A stretch of DNA of 20,000 bases, taken from contig MU004194.1 of the NCBI GenBank assembly GCA_010093605.1, forward strand, positions 435,915-455,914. The letters run 5' to 3'. Positions within the stretch are counted from its first letter, which is position 1. Every line of letters begins with the position of its first letter. Shown here one piece after another: positions 1 to 11,914 of the stretch. Below the pieces are notes generated by a model. It saw nothing but the letters and a program-made list of their open reading frames with translations. It ran no database searches and was not told the DNA's origin. The position numbers and the translations under genes are program-made. This DNA is from Lophium mytilinum. Its lineage: Eukaryota.

Positions 1-199
1 ACGTCAAGCTTTCATCGGGGCTTCTCGGCGCCTCTTGCCTAAGAGATGCGGTGAGCAGTGAAAGACCGGGGAGGAATGGCGGGGGCCCTGTCGCTGTATT
101 TCTTTTTGCCAACGCCCGGATGAGCTGCACGGGAGCGACCCGTTGCGGGCTGACTGCGTCACCGCCAGCTCAATAGCCAGTCGACAGCGTGGTGGTGAG

Positions 200-223
200 T
201 GCTGTTGCTGCTGCTGCTGCTGC
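200..223. repeat. (TGC/CAG)n microsatellite, 8 units with one variant unit
   Basis: tgc tgt tgc tgc tgc tgc tgc tgc at 200-223; it explains the poly-Q, poly-C and poly-S runs in the overlapping ORF calls. Confidence 0.85.
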
Positions 224-2328
224 CACATGCCCACATTGCCATCTCTGGTGAAGCATGCGGATCGAACATGTCGACGTGCTGATCCGCAGCAGCAACCGCG
301 AAGAGCTTCAACGCTGGCGATCCTTTGCAGCCGACGGCCCAGGGACAACGGCTGCCGAGTAAGGAGCCTGGGACCTGGAGTCCGGAGTACATACGCAGCT
401 CAAGTCGCCCAGAGATAGGAAGCCACCGGAGGAGTCTGTATGGAAAGATGGGGATGCCCTGCTCGCTCAACCCATGCGCGACGAGCCATCACACATCAAT
501 CCGCATCCTGAGCAACACTCTCATCCATCAGCATCCGTCACCTCGCGGCTCACGAGTGCGGTGGGACGGCCCGCGGGCATGCCGTCTGCCTGCCGTCCTA
601 GAGCCACGCTCGTCGTATGGCAACGGCCGGCTATTTGCAGTCTGTGACAGCCGCCGCTGCTGCCTGTCCGAAAGCGAGCGCGGTGGGCTTGGAGATGTCC
701 CTTTTCTGCGGGTTGCACGCCGGCCTGCAACCTGTGGTGCTCCGCATTGGGCGACATTCACCCTGGACCCTCGTCGCCCAGGATCAGCCCTCAAATGCTC
801 CCTCCGAGTTCCAGCCGTGCGGCTGACGAAGAAGCTAGACGACATGCTGAGCAGTCTGGTCTGGTCTGCGCACACATCACTGTGGTACTTGGATTGTAAT
901 AACAGCCAATAGATATATGTACACTGCTTCACCACAGCATGAGGTGCTTCGATATGTTTTTAGACTTGGACGAAGATGAAGATCAGTAAACAGACAATGC
1001 TGACGGCACCAGAGACATCTCATTATGCTAATACGACAGCAATTGCCGGTCCACCGAATGCATTACAACCAAGACAAGGGCAATCTGCTACGCGCAGATC
1101 GAGCAGCTTTGCCGATGTGATAGATGCAAGGCTGCAGGTCTCGTCGCGCCTCTTGGAGCCCAACCGTCAGACATAAACAAGTCCACTACCGACGATCGGC
1201 TACCCTGGCATCTAGAACAGATCTCATCGATGTCTGGACTTCAATCGAGTAGAGCACCTGCCAGGGTGTGTAGCAGAAGGGGAAACATTCCATGTCGTTG
1301 CAAGAGTTTCTGCGGAGTACATGCTGCAGTAGTCCCAACAAAGCCTCCCCCTCAATCGCCATCCACATTACTCCCGTCCAATCAATCACAGCCATTATGG
1401 CTAACTTCATGCACGAGCACCCATTCCGAGACCTTTACGCGCCCGATACCGGTCCTTGGCAGTCACGAGGGGGAGGTCATGCATGTGAGAGAGAGCCTTG
1501 CGAAGAAGTGTGACACGCTGGAACCTAAGCCACCTCCGCCGAACTTGGTTAGTTCGCAGGCGACCTTCTCACTCTCTCTAGTGCCTCATGGACTTTGGTA
1601 TACCTGTCTATCACTGTTGGTGATGCTCCAGCTGGAATTCAGGTATCGAACACAGTCTCAGAACCGCAATTTGAAGAACCGATAACTCGCTGAGCCCCCT
1701 TGGACAGTGGAAAGGGTTGTCCACAGAACGGTGTCCTTGCGCTCACGCCTTCACCCTGTCTACGCACCGACAGCATATGCGTATTTGATACTGCGAAGGT
1801 AGGAGGACCAACGATCAATCTAGTTGAATTGGAGACACCACGTGATCAATATCCCGTACAACTCCTCGACACTAGAAGTACTCTAGAACAGGACTCCATG
1901 TATCTCAAAGCACACACAGGTCATTCTGCCAAGCTATCGCCAACCCTGCCGTGTGACCATCTAACCGTTCGTGCATTACCGGGCACGGGAAGACGCAGGT
2001 CCACGTTTGATCCACGGTCCACCAGCGCATCGCTGATAAGAGTTTGTGTGATGTGATAGCTGACGCAATGTTGCACAATCGGCGATGTTCGAGCATCATT
2101 AGACTGTTGGGCAGTTACGCTTGTCGTAGCAGCAGATGCGTCCTGATGGTCCGAATATTGAAAAAAGGAAATTGGTAAATAGTATAATGCTACAAAGTTA
2201 AAGTCTGAAATTAAGAGAATGGGGGATATCATAAATCACAAGACGCTCACGTGGAGTAAAAAACAATCCATTGCCGCTTCAGTGACAAACCGAATAGGGC
2301 TTGTCCGCTTCATTTGAGACGCAACAGC

Positions 2329-5300
2329 TCACGTAGATGAACCTCTTCCCCCTCCGCTATCATCAGAGCCCCTACCACTACTTCTCGAGCTACCTCCATA
2401 CGTTCCACTAGAAGACTGACTCCCCATCAAAGCAGCTTCAAGATTCGGCGCCGGGCTAGCCTCGCGCACAGTGATGCTCGGCGCCAATCCAATCGCCGGG
2501 ATGAATCCATCCGGAATTGGTGGAAGGTGCGGACTTGGACTTACTGGGACCCGACTCCTAACTGCCTCTTCGTAAGCCTCGTAGAACTGGGTAAGAGCTA
2601 GCTTATCGGAGCAGAATCTCTCAATCTCGTCTTTGATCTCCTCGGGAGTTTGTAAGACCGCCTGCGGTGCCTTCTCGGCTAGCGCATGGAGAAAGGACGA
2701 ATCTTGCACCGGACGTGCTAGCGGCGAGGATAGTGGTGACCGATGAGATGCCGTGTGTCGCTCTGAAGGGGTAGATCCTGTAGTATTTGTGCTACCAGGT
2801 CGTCTTTCGTATGGATCAGTCGGCTTGAACCTCGAGGCATCGCGAGATGCTGCGGCACGATTGTTGTAGAGTCGATTCGCGAGTAGCAAGAACTCGCCCT
2901 TGTCAGTGAGCTGCGCGATCAGGGTACCAGATTTGTGAATGTACTGTGTGAGTAGGTAGTCTGGTTTTCCCCAAGAATAGTTGACATCTACGTCAGAAGG
3001 AAACGCTTTTGCAGCCTCCATGTCCAGTACGAAGCCGAGTTTCCGTAAGAGAGCTTTGTGATATACGTGTTTGTCAGTCTTCACCTGTGGTCCCAATTGA
3101 GTTGTATCAAAATACTGCTCCGGCTGAGACTCTGGCGGTGCCTGTGCAAGACTAACGGTGTATGGGGAGCGGAATGGATGTGCATCGCGAATACTTGAGG
3201 CTTCCGCAATGGGCACCTCTACCAGCTTGAGGCCGTATTTCTCGATTGAGGTAGCCCAAGTGCTAATGGAATCCTCAATCAATTTTGCTGTAACGTTCAT
3301 CCAGTCGATTCGAATGTGATAGCAGTTGTCAGGATTATGTAGGCGATCGTAGTGCAGATTTATAATCTCAGGCCGATACGAGCGTTTCCTAGGGTCTACA
3401 TCGTAGCGCATCACTCGACTCAAAAACACGCTTCGTTTGGGAGTGCCTGCTCTCGTCGGCGTCTTTTCACCCTCGGCAGATCCGGCTGAATCTGCAGTGC
3501 TCGGACGCGACCTATTTGTGCGAGACGACATTGACGACGACTTGGGTGGCTCGGTGAGCGGCGTCGAAGGCACAGATTTGTCTGAGCGACGGGTCCCAAA
3601 CCATCCAGTCCTTGAATCTGGACGAGGAGCCCGATAGTCTTGGGCTATTTGGTAGAAGAAATTCCCGTCTCGAAATTGATGCTTCTTTTGGACGTGTTGA
3701 AACAGACCTTTAGTCATTAGCTGCTTCCCAAGCTCCACTGCCTCATCTCGTGTTTCGATATCTTTGAAATTCTGGAGTATCCAGCTAACAAAGTCGAAAC
3801 CGATGAAGCAATGGTAATGCAGACGAAAATGCCATCTTCGATCAACAATTGGGATGCCTTTCTCGCCCTGAAGATCTTCTGCTAATCTCCTAGCATCTAT
3901 ATTAGAGGTGGAATACTGTTCATTCTCAGAGAACAATTGAGTCGGAACGTCCGTAGGGTCTCCATCAACCAATAACGAGCTTTCTGGCCCAGCAGAAACT
4001 ATCACAGACGGATCTCCGGTCCGGTACTCGATAGCAAGTGGATTTGGGTCTTTCCGCTTCCTGTTCGAAGCCTGAAAATGACCTTCCTCTGGGGGCGTGT
4101 AGCGGAACCGCTGCCATATCTGGGTCAGCTTCCGGATTCCTTCTAGTCGAACTTCCTCCTCCGAATCCTCGCTAAGAAGAGGTAGTGGTCGACGACCGAC
4201 TGAAGGTAGCTCAACTGGGATAAGAACAAAGCGAGCGCGCCAAAAGCGAAGAGAATCGGAGAATTCTTCGTGGTAGCCGGCAAGAAAAGTGTCGATGTAA
4301 TTCCAATTGTACTCCCTTCTTGGAGGTTTCAAGGTGATGCGGCGGGCAATATACTCCTTCTCCAAAGCTGTGCGGACAAGCGGTTGGTAGAGTAGAGGTG
4401 AGTCTACCCCCGCAGATGTTTCTAGGGCTGTCGTCGGCTTTCGACTGAATCTTTTGATCTCGACTTCGCCGCCCGCAACACATACAAGTTGATGAATAGT
4501 GCTCCCTACGCACATGAAAACTGTGTCGCCATCATGCGACATGTATTTGGGATCGAATATTCCAGCGATATCATGCTCACGTCCACCTGCAACCTCTGCA
4601 ACTGCTCTTCCAACGACTATCTGGAACCCATGGGACAGCCTAAACGCGATGAGCTCCCGTATTAGAGACTCACGTGATTTCGGTGCCTCGGACATTTCGT
4701 CATCTTCGTTTTGGGTGATCTTGTATGGGTTCTCACTGTATTCCGTTCTGAGCTGCTCAGGAGTAGGGAAATACTCATTAGTCAATGGAACCGCTGCAGG
4801 AGAGCAGAGTGACTTCCACTTAATCGCCGAAGCGCGAAGTGGCTTCGGGAAGACGTGCTGCCACCTACGGAACTGATTTGCAAGATTCATGTTGTTCTTC
4901 TTAGGATTACACGGATTGACCAGGACTAGCCAGGGCGAGAGTGCACTCGTTGGAGATAGGGTGCGTGGGATGTCGTGGGCACCACCGCTGGACGAGAGAG
5001 TAGGCTTCCGGCTAGCTTCCTTCGATCCGGCAGCAATCAGGAAGAGAGAATTCGGGTCTTTCGTGAGAGACTGCGGTTGGGCATTTGTACTTCCTGTATT
5101 TCCTGCTTTCGTACCATTGATGGTTTCTACCGACCTCGAAGCGTGTTCGGATGGAGAATGGGCTGGAACAGCGTTGGGGCGCAATGCTGCTTTGATGGCG
5201 ATTGGTTGTGAAGGGCTTTCGATTTCTTGAGTCCTAGTACTTGCAAGTTTAGCAGCAATAGCTCCCTTTTGGTTGTTCTCTACTGTCATCTTGGTAGCTT

Positions 5301-8168
5301 CCGCCGTTCCTGAGGATACAGTAGCACTAGCGATAGATTTGGAAGCCCCAAATCCAAGGCCACCAAAACTAATCTGTCTTGATAACCATCCCGCTTGCCT
5401 AGGATTTGCATCAGACTTAGACTTCGTGGAACCGGCGGGGCTATGTTGAGGCTTTGAGGTTTGCGCTTGAGGTGTATGTGACAGTGATGCTTTACTATAA
5501 GCAGCATCTTTTGTACCTAGTCGTGAGTTCTGTGGAGATGACACTGTGACTCGGGGTTGCACCCGACCGGCGTTCTCGTTTTCAGCAAGCTCGGACTTCG
5601 GTGGTATGCCTCCTTCTCCTTTTAGAGATGCAGGCCGTCGAAGAGATCGATAGCTGTCGAAGGCGTCGTGTCTGTACGATGAATCGGAGGGCCTGACACC
5701 CCCTGCACGTGATTGTGATTGGCGGCGCAGGGGTGACTCGGAGGTGTTGGAACGCTCCTTCATTAGCTGATGGAAGTTTGTTTCGGGTGGTGGCCGTGCG
5801 GAACTTCCAAGAGAAGTAATCGTTCCATTGAAAGATGCGGAGAGCAGAGAGTCCTTCGGAGCAGAATCATGTGGGTCCCCACTGTGCGACTGTGCCCAAT
5901 CTTGCCCTGTTTTGAGGATTTTCTCCTCGGCAGCACGCTTTTCGGGCAGTGGCTTGAAGAGATTCTCATCGTACGTTTTCATCCATGTCGATTGTATATA
6001 GCGACCTTTTTGGAGGGAGCTTTCTGCTTGATTGTGATCGACAGAGTTCTCACCCGCTGTTGATGCGGAACCGGGAAATACGATCGAGGGATCTGTGAAG
6101 CCGTTGTGCATTTCGGTCGCCTTATCAGAAAAGCCCCGAAGGGCGTAAGGAAACAATGGCTCTTCCTCCATGAATGGAATAGAGATGTTGCTGAGCTCGC
6201 TTTCCATGATTCCCATCATCTGCAGCTCGTACATCCTGCATCTGAGATTGAACTTTCTTCCATTGTTGCGCAGGCGTGTCAAAGAGCCCTTGGCCCGCTT
6301 GGGCCGCGACAATTCCACAATTTCCTCAGAAGGGCCAGACCAGAATGACACATCTATCCAATGGGGCATCGCATAATTCCATTCATCACTGACCGCCTCG
6401 TTTGCCATTGGCATCCTAATGGATGAACGCAGATGTGCTGACTTTTCTGGCGAAGGATTGACAAGATGACCAAAGTTTGGCCGACTTTGTTTGGGCGTTT
6501 TATCGTCACCGTCTTGATATGGGTCATCCTCAGGAGAACCACGATTTGAAACCAGAGTCATCGGTTTCGGCGCACCACTGGAAATAATCTTGGGATTCCG
6601 GTACTTGAATAAGGGCACAGAGTGCAACGGAATTGGTGATAGGCAGACTAGGTCAATGCCGATGCCCGTGCCAATTAGCGTATCAGTCGTCAGCTTAAGC
6701 ATATTGTAGTCAACCTCAAATATGCCTGTGCCTGCCGATATTACCACGACAGAAATCCCAGTTCGAACTAGGTCCCGGTCGATGTAGTCTTTAGCAAATT
6801 GCACGGATGCCAGGTTTATTGCCTCCAGAATGTTGCCATTAGTTGCCATGGAAGGCGCCCCAGCTATAACCCAATCCATCCTAGTATTTTGACTAGAATC
6901 CTTCTCAATTTCAGGGCGGCCTTTTGTTGGGGTATATCTCTGCAGGAGCGACACGTCCCGAAGAAAAGCTTTGAACTCTTTCTTGAGTTGGTATAATATA
7001 TTGATCCAGTCTCCGCTTGCCATTTCATTCACAACGACGCGGTAGTAGTCCTGGTACGGTCGACCCTGGCTGTTCTTGTCTATTGGTCGACGTTGCTTGG
7101 GCGGATGGCTGCTGGAGAGAATCTCTTCGTTCTCGTACTCCAACCTCGAAAATAAAATGATCGTAACCAGGTGACGGGCATTAATCTTCATCCAGCGTTT
7201 GAATAGCTCAGGAAGAAACCCGTTGACCACCTTGTTGAACATTATTTCCCCAGCGCCTTCGGTGTCGAAGTCCCACATCTCCTTCGACATTTGGATAAAC
7301 AAAACATACCGCGCAGATTCGCTACGAAATATTGGTTTCGTTACCGATGAAAAGTATCCTGAGTGAGTTGATTGGCCATTGATGAATACGTTCTTGACTG
7401 TTGCTTTGATAGTACCCATGAAGAGCAACTTTTGTCCCTTGTAGACGGTCTTATGACTGAGCTCCGACATCGCCATTCGCCACATGTCAGCTCTCGCGAG
7501 ATACTCATCCTTGAAGCCAATCTCAACATGGGATGCAGAGTGAGTGTCCTCGTCAGCCTAATCAAGACTTAGTCATTGATTCTAAATGAGCCTCTGTGGT
7601 AATTTGGAGCACTTACTGTGGTGATCATGATTTGCATACGATTTCTGAAATCAAACACCTTCGCAATTGTTTCAGATATCGAAACCTGGAGATTGGGATA
7701 TTTCGCCTTCTGCTCAGCGCTCATGGGCTTGATGACAAAGACGTAGCTCTTTTCCAAGTCCATGTCACGGCTAGATGGAAACTGGGATCCGTTCTCGTCC
7801 AGCGTGAGGGTTACGGAATGTCGACGAGTCCTCTTCGGCGGTGCATCTGTCGCTGCCTCCCTGGACGTTTCATCTGCTTTCATGTGCCTCGTGTCGGCAG
7901 AGCTAACAGCAGACTCGCGTGTCTCTGCGCGGCGAGTATGTTCCGATGATGCATTCTTGATTGATTGGAAGTCTCGGACGGCAGTCGACTGCTTGAGCGC
8001 AATGATTCGAGCCAACGACCCCGGCGTGATAGACAACTCAGGAAACTTTTCGGCATTGAACACGACCTCATTTTTGGAAAAGTTTTCGTCGTGAGTCCAG
8101 AGGGTACAGACCTTCTGAACTCGAGTGGGTTTAATGTTCTCATTTGACTTTGACATGATACAGGTCAT
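2329..8168 (-). CDS. IML1: Vacuolar membrane-associated protein Iml1 (DEPDC5 orthologue, SEACIT/GATOR1 subunit). Exons 8168-7617 and 7557-2329, ~1926 aa; alternative start at 8156.
   Basis: The 199-aa and 1718-aa ORFs join in frame across a 59-nt intron (...QIMITT|ADEDTHSASHVEIGFKDEYLARADMWR). Recognisable Iml1 motifs: CTLWTHDENFS, IFRSESARYVLFIQMSKEMWDFD, GNILEAINLA, IDRDLVRTG, GIGIDLVCLSPIPLHSVPLFKY, RRWQHVFP, KWKSLCSPAAVPLT, FWRARFVLIP, a DEP domain (DRRWHFRLHYHCFIG...FRDGNFFYQI, ~3640-3860) and LHYDRLHNPDNCYHIRIDW. Confidence 0.96.
7558..7616 (-). other. Spliceosomal intron of IML1 (59 nt, phase 0)
   Basis: On the minus strand: GTAAGT donor at 7616, GACTAAG branch-site-like motif at ~7568-7574, TAG acceptor at 7560-7558. 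Removing it fuses the two ORFs in frame. Confidence 0.92.
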
Positions 8169-8545
8169 TTTAAGCCCATAAGTATCAATATGCTAAAGCC
8201 ATTTGAGCAGAAGCTCCCGAGCGCGCGGGATTGATAGCGCTTTGTGAAGTCTTATCGATGAATCTGCACCCCGTCACGGTTTCATGCGGTGTAGGGGAAA
8301 GCCCATGGCATCCCCTATTGCAAGCTGTTTTCGTTGGATGGACCTAGCCACGGGACAAAGCAAGAGATCGACAGACAAGACGCAGTGAAAGTAGCTCTAG
8401 ATAAATATAATCACCATTGACTTCAAGAGATCGATAAAGGAATTGACGGTAGACGGCAGGCTGATGAGTTGATTGATGGAGGAGTTGAAGGCTGAGTCCA
8501 AACCGCTAGCGGCGGTTTCGGTGAAACCCCCGGAGATTGTCAGCA

Positions 8546-8555
8546 ATCACGTGAT
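8546..8555. promoter_or_regulatory. Palindromic extended E-box ATCACGTGAT ~380 bp upstream of IML1 (candidate bHLH site)
   Basis: A perfect 10-bp palindrome with a CACGTG core in the IML1 upstream region; function is inferred. Confidence 0.4.
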
Positions 8556-8871
8556 CTCCTCCATCACTCCCAGCACTCATATAGAAATTTTTGGAATTCG
8601 CTTCTACTGGATTTGACAACTCAAAAAGTGGCAATCATTCTCATCCGGCACAACAGGGTGGTCCTACTAGCTAGAATTCTCGGACCATGAAATCAGTGAA
8701 CATTTCTCCGCACCATGTAGAATTTCGTGACAGAGTATCCTACCAGAGTAACGTGTCAATACGTGGTCTTCTATGCCACTATCTACTTGTCATCTATAGA
8801 GCGGTTTGGCAAATCTCATTCTACACAAGTATCCACACGAAAGTGATTTCACCGTCCTCCATTCCTATACC

Positions 8872-9822
8872 CTATGCAAAGTGTTTATCAATGGTCGCCT
8901 TCATATCTTTCGCAATCAGCTGGTGCACACGAGTCGTCGGCTGCACGAAGTTCATCCAAAAGTATTCATCTGCATGTTTCTGGACCATGCAATCATTCCA
9001 AGCTGCATCCCCATCCCCGTCGCAAAAGCTTGTCAGTGGCTTGGTAAATCCGTTCGCGGCTGCATTCTCGGCTAGATCGGACACGAAGGTGAAGCTATCG
9101 TAGTAAATGACCTTGGACCCAAACTGCGTGAGGCCAGCCTTGAGAGCATCGTTGGCCTTCTGAATAACGTTTCCCCATGTCGTAACGCAGCCCGCGTCAG
9201 TTCCGCAAAGATACTTTGCAGTTACCGGGGCGATGTGCTTCGGGTAGATATTCGAGACGAAGACGTATGGCGCGCCACCGTTAAGAAGCTTCTTGACTGA
9301 TGCCACAGTCTTGTCCGTAGCGTTGGCTGCGAACTGAGAGTTCTTTGGGTCGCCCTCCCAGAAAGCGTCGGTATGGGCACTGACATCGTTTTGGCCGACC
9401 CAGATGAATTGAAGAGCTTTCTTGATGTTGGAATGCGGTCCCGTTGTATAGTTGTTGATTTGGTCAACAAGCGAAGGAGCTCCGGCACCAGACTTTGTAT
9501 AGGCATTATCGAAAGTGGCGCCGCCACTACTTCCTCCGCAACAGCCCCCGAAGGCAAAATCTCGCATAGGAACTTTGAGGAGGTCGGTAAGATACGACAC
9601 AGCTACAGGGCCGTTAGTCCAGGTACCAAACCCATAGACGTTTGCGGGGTCTCCAGTGATGCCATGGGCGTAGCTGCCGTTGCCGTTGTCGCTGAATTCA
9701 TCCCCGAAAGCGACGAGCTGGTTGAAAGGATAGGCAGAGCGAGATGCAAAGGACGTCGGAGCTGCAAAGGCGGCTGTGAAAAGACTGAGCGCACTCAATG
9801 CGCTAGAGATTTGATGGTACAT
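8872..9822 (-). CDS. Secreted GDSL/SGNH-hydrolase-fold protein (CE16/GDSL-lipase-like), 316 aa, with non-canonical catalytic residues
   Basis: ATG at 9822 in accATG context, followed by a signal peptide (MYHQISSALSALSLFTAAFA-AP). SGNH blocks: LVAFGDEFSDNG (I), WTNGPVAVSYL, FAFGG (II), FIWVGQND (III), YFWMNFVQPTTRVHQLIA (V). Six Cys; no intron needed. The ORF-track extension to 9912 starts at TTG and is probably UTR. Confidence 0.9.
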   Translation of the reverse strand: MYHQISSALSALSLFTAAFAAPTSFASRSAYPFNQLVAFGDEFSDNGNGSYAHGITGDPANVYGFGTWTNGPVAVSYLTDLLKVPMRDFAFGGCCGGSSGGATFDNAYTKSGAGAPSLVDQINNYTTGPHSNIKKALQFIWVGQNDVSAHTDAFWEGDPKNSQFAANATDKTVASVKKLLNGGAPYVFVSNIYPKHIAPVTAKYLCGTDAGCVTTWGNVIQKANDALKAGLTQFGSKVIYYDSFTFVSDLAENAAANGFTKPLTSFCDGDGDAAWNDCMVQKHADEYFWMNFVQPTTRVHQLIAKDMKATIDKHFA

Positions 9823-11504
9823 GGTTCTCGAAACTTGTACGAGATAAAAGAGTGTGTTGTAGTGGATTGCTGAAGAGAAAAACGGCAGAGAGAAAAAGGA
9901 AACGTATTGCAAAGAACGACTTTTGAGATTGAAATCAGATGTTGTTTCTGCTGGGGAACTCCAAGGGTATTAAAAGGCATGGGCACGCCTAAGCCACACA
10001 CGGCCCGCCATTAGGGCCTTTGTGCAGCAGGCCTTCCCCCGAGGAAAATCAAATTTTTTCGACGGCCGGCTGAACCTCGGGGGCTCACGTAAGCGAACTT
10101 AACTAAATTAGGCCATATTAGACATAGAGTTCTTAGTACTTCCCTACTAACTTAATTTACTCTATATAAATTATATAAATACTATAACTCTATAATATTA
10201 ATAATATTAAGTAGAGTAATTAATATACTATATTTAATAGCTATATATATACTTATTTAGTACTATATAACTAAAATTTAATACTAAAGGCTTTAAAAAA
10301 CTTATTAGTATATTTTATTCTTTTAGATACTTAATATAGTACTAGATAATAATATTAAAAAATAATACTAGTATACTATAGGACCTAGATCTTCTATATA
10401 TTTATAGATATAGCTACTAACTAGCTAATAGCTTTATATATAATTAAATCTATTATCTAATACTACTTCTTAATCTCTATCTTTATTATAGCTATAATAT
10501 AATCTCTATTATAATATATTTCTAATATATATAATAGTATTATATACTCTCTAGTATATAATTACTATTATATAACTAGGCTTAGCGCTAGCCTTATCTA
10601 CCTCTTAGCCGGCGCTCCGCGCTCTTCTTTTTTTCTAGTAGCTACTTTATCTATATATACTAATATTAGATCTTCTTTTAAGATTTACTATTATACTATA
10701 ATATAAAGTAGCTACTCTTCTAGCTTTTAAAAGTTTTTAAAAGTACTTTCTTTTCTATCTATCTATATATCTAGCTAATTTAATAGGCTAAAATTTTAAT
10801 ATATAAACCTAATACTCTCTATATTAATATAGAGAGACTTAAAAGAAGGCTCTATAACTTTATAGTAAAGACTCTATATACTCTATCTACTATAGTTAGC
10901 GCGTAGGCTCTATAAACCTACTTACTATTATATGTAACTAACTAATATAAGTATAGTTACTTTCTAATAATAGAGTAAAAACTATATATACTCTATTAGT
11001 AATAGACTAGTATATAGGCTTTATATATCTACTTACTACTATTACGCGTAACTAACTAGTCTATATATAGTTATTCTATTTTTATTTACTAATTAAAAGT
11101 AGCCGCTAAGTATAGTACTAGCTACTTTAGAAAGTATATCTACTTTTAAGCTTTTATAGAGAACCTATACCCTCTACCTTATATTAATCTTTTTTCTCCC
11201 TTTTAAATAGTCTAATAGTGCTTACTAGCTAAGATATATATAACGCCCCTATAACTAGCTATACTAAGCTATAGTAGAAAAACTCTAACTCTATATAGTA
11301 TAGCTATACCTAGCGCGTAGTCTATAGATTTACCTTCTAGCAGTAACTCTAAAAAGTATCTAGTTATTCTTAGTTATACTTCTATTCTTTCTTCTAGCTT
11401 ATAATTATAAGCTACTTAATCTACTCTTATATTTAACTCTTAAAAGGCGCATAAACTTAACTACTAAAAAAAGAAAGCTACCTATAAAATAGGCGGCGGA
11501 GGAG

Positions 11505-11869
11505 TATTATAATATTAATTAACTATAACTCTAAAAGCTCTTACTATACGCGCTAAGAAATTTAGTAATCTAGAACTAGATATTTACCTTCTATTAAACT
11601 AATTTAGTACTAACCTACTATAGAGCTAAGCCTATTATAACCTTACTAACTCTACTAAGTAGAATACTAATAATAACGCCTATATAAATAAAGATAAAAG
11701 TAAAGTTAAAGCTAAAGGTAAAGAAGTCTTTAAGTTATTTACTAAAATATCTATACTCTAAGCTATCTAATTTACTAAACCCCTTATTAATCTAATAACT
11801 CTAGTCTCCTCTTAAATTCTAATTACTTTAGAAAACTAGATTATTACTTCTACTACTAATACTATTATA
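11505..11869 (+). repeat. Candidate 5' LTR of the outer Gypsy-like element
   Basis: Begins and ends with TATTATA, the same RIPed termini as the inner element's LTR in its own orientation. It has a TATA-like tatataaata at 11681 and lies ~45 nt before a gag-like frame. No second copy is present in the window to confirm it. Confidence 0.4.
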
Positions 11870-11914
11870 ATTCTAAATACCTACTCTAATCTTTCTCTTT
11901 AGAGCTAGCCTAAT

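Noticed and set aside
4..2232. Fourteen short ORFs (64-195 aa) left of IML1
   Set aside because: They overlap on both strands, have Arg/Ser/Cys/Pro-rich composition typical of non-coding GC-rich DNA, show no recognisable domain, and several use non-ATG starts.
3437..8147. Plus-strand and alternate-frame ORFs inside IML1
   Set aside because: Shadow ORFs of a long, conserved coding sequence.
7569..8168. The 199-aa ORF as a separate gene
   Set aside because: It is exon 1 of IML1 read through into the intron.
8941..9699. RIP leakage as the cause of the lost catalytic residues in the GDSL-like gene
   Set aside because: Only Asp>Asn is a G>A transition. Ser>Glu and His>Gln need transversions, and the CDS retains abundant CpA/TpG.
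8687..10001. ORFs overlapping the GDSL-like gene, and its N-terminal extension to 9912
   Set aside because: The overlapping ORFs are antisense or alternate-frame shadows. The extension starts at TTG and would bury the signal peptide that begins at ATG 9822.
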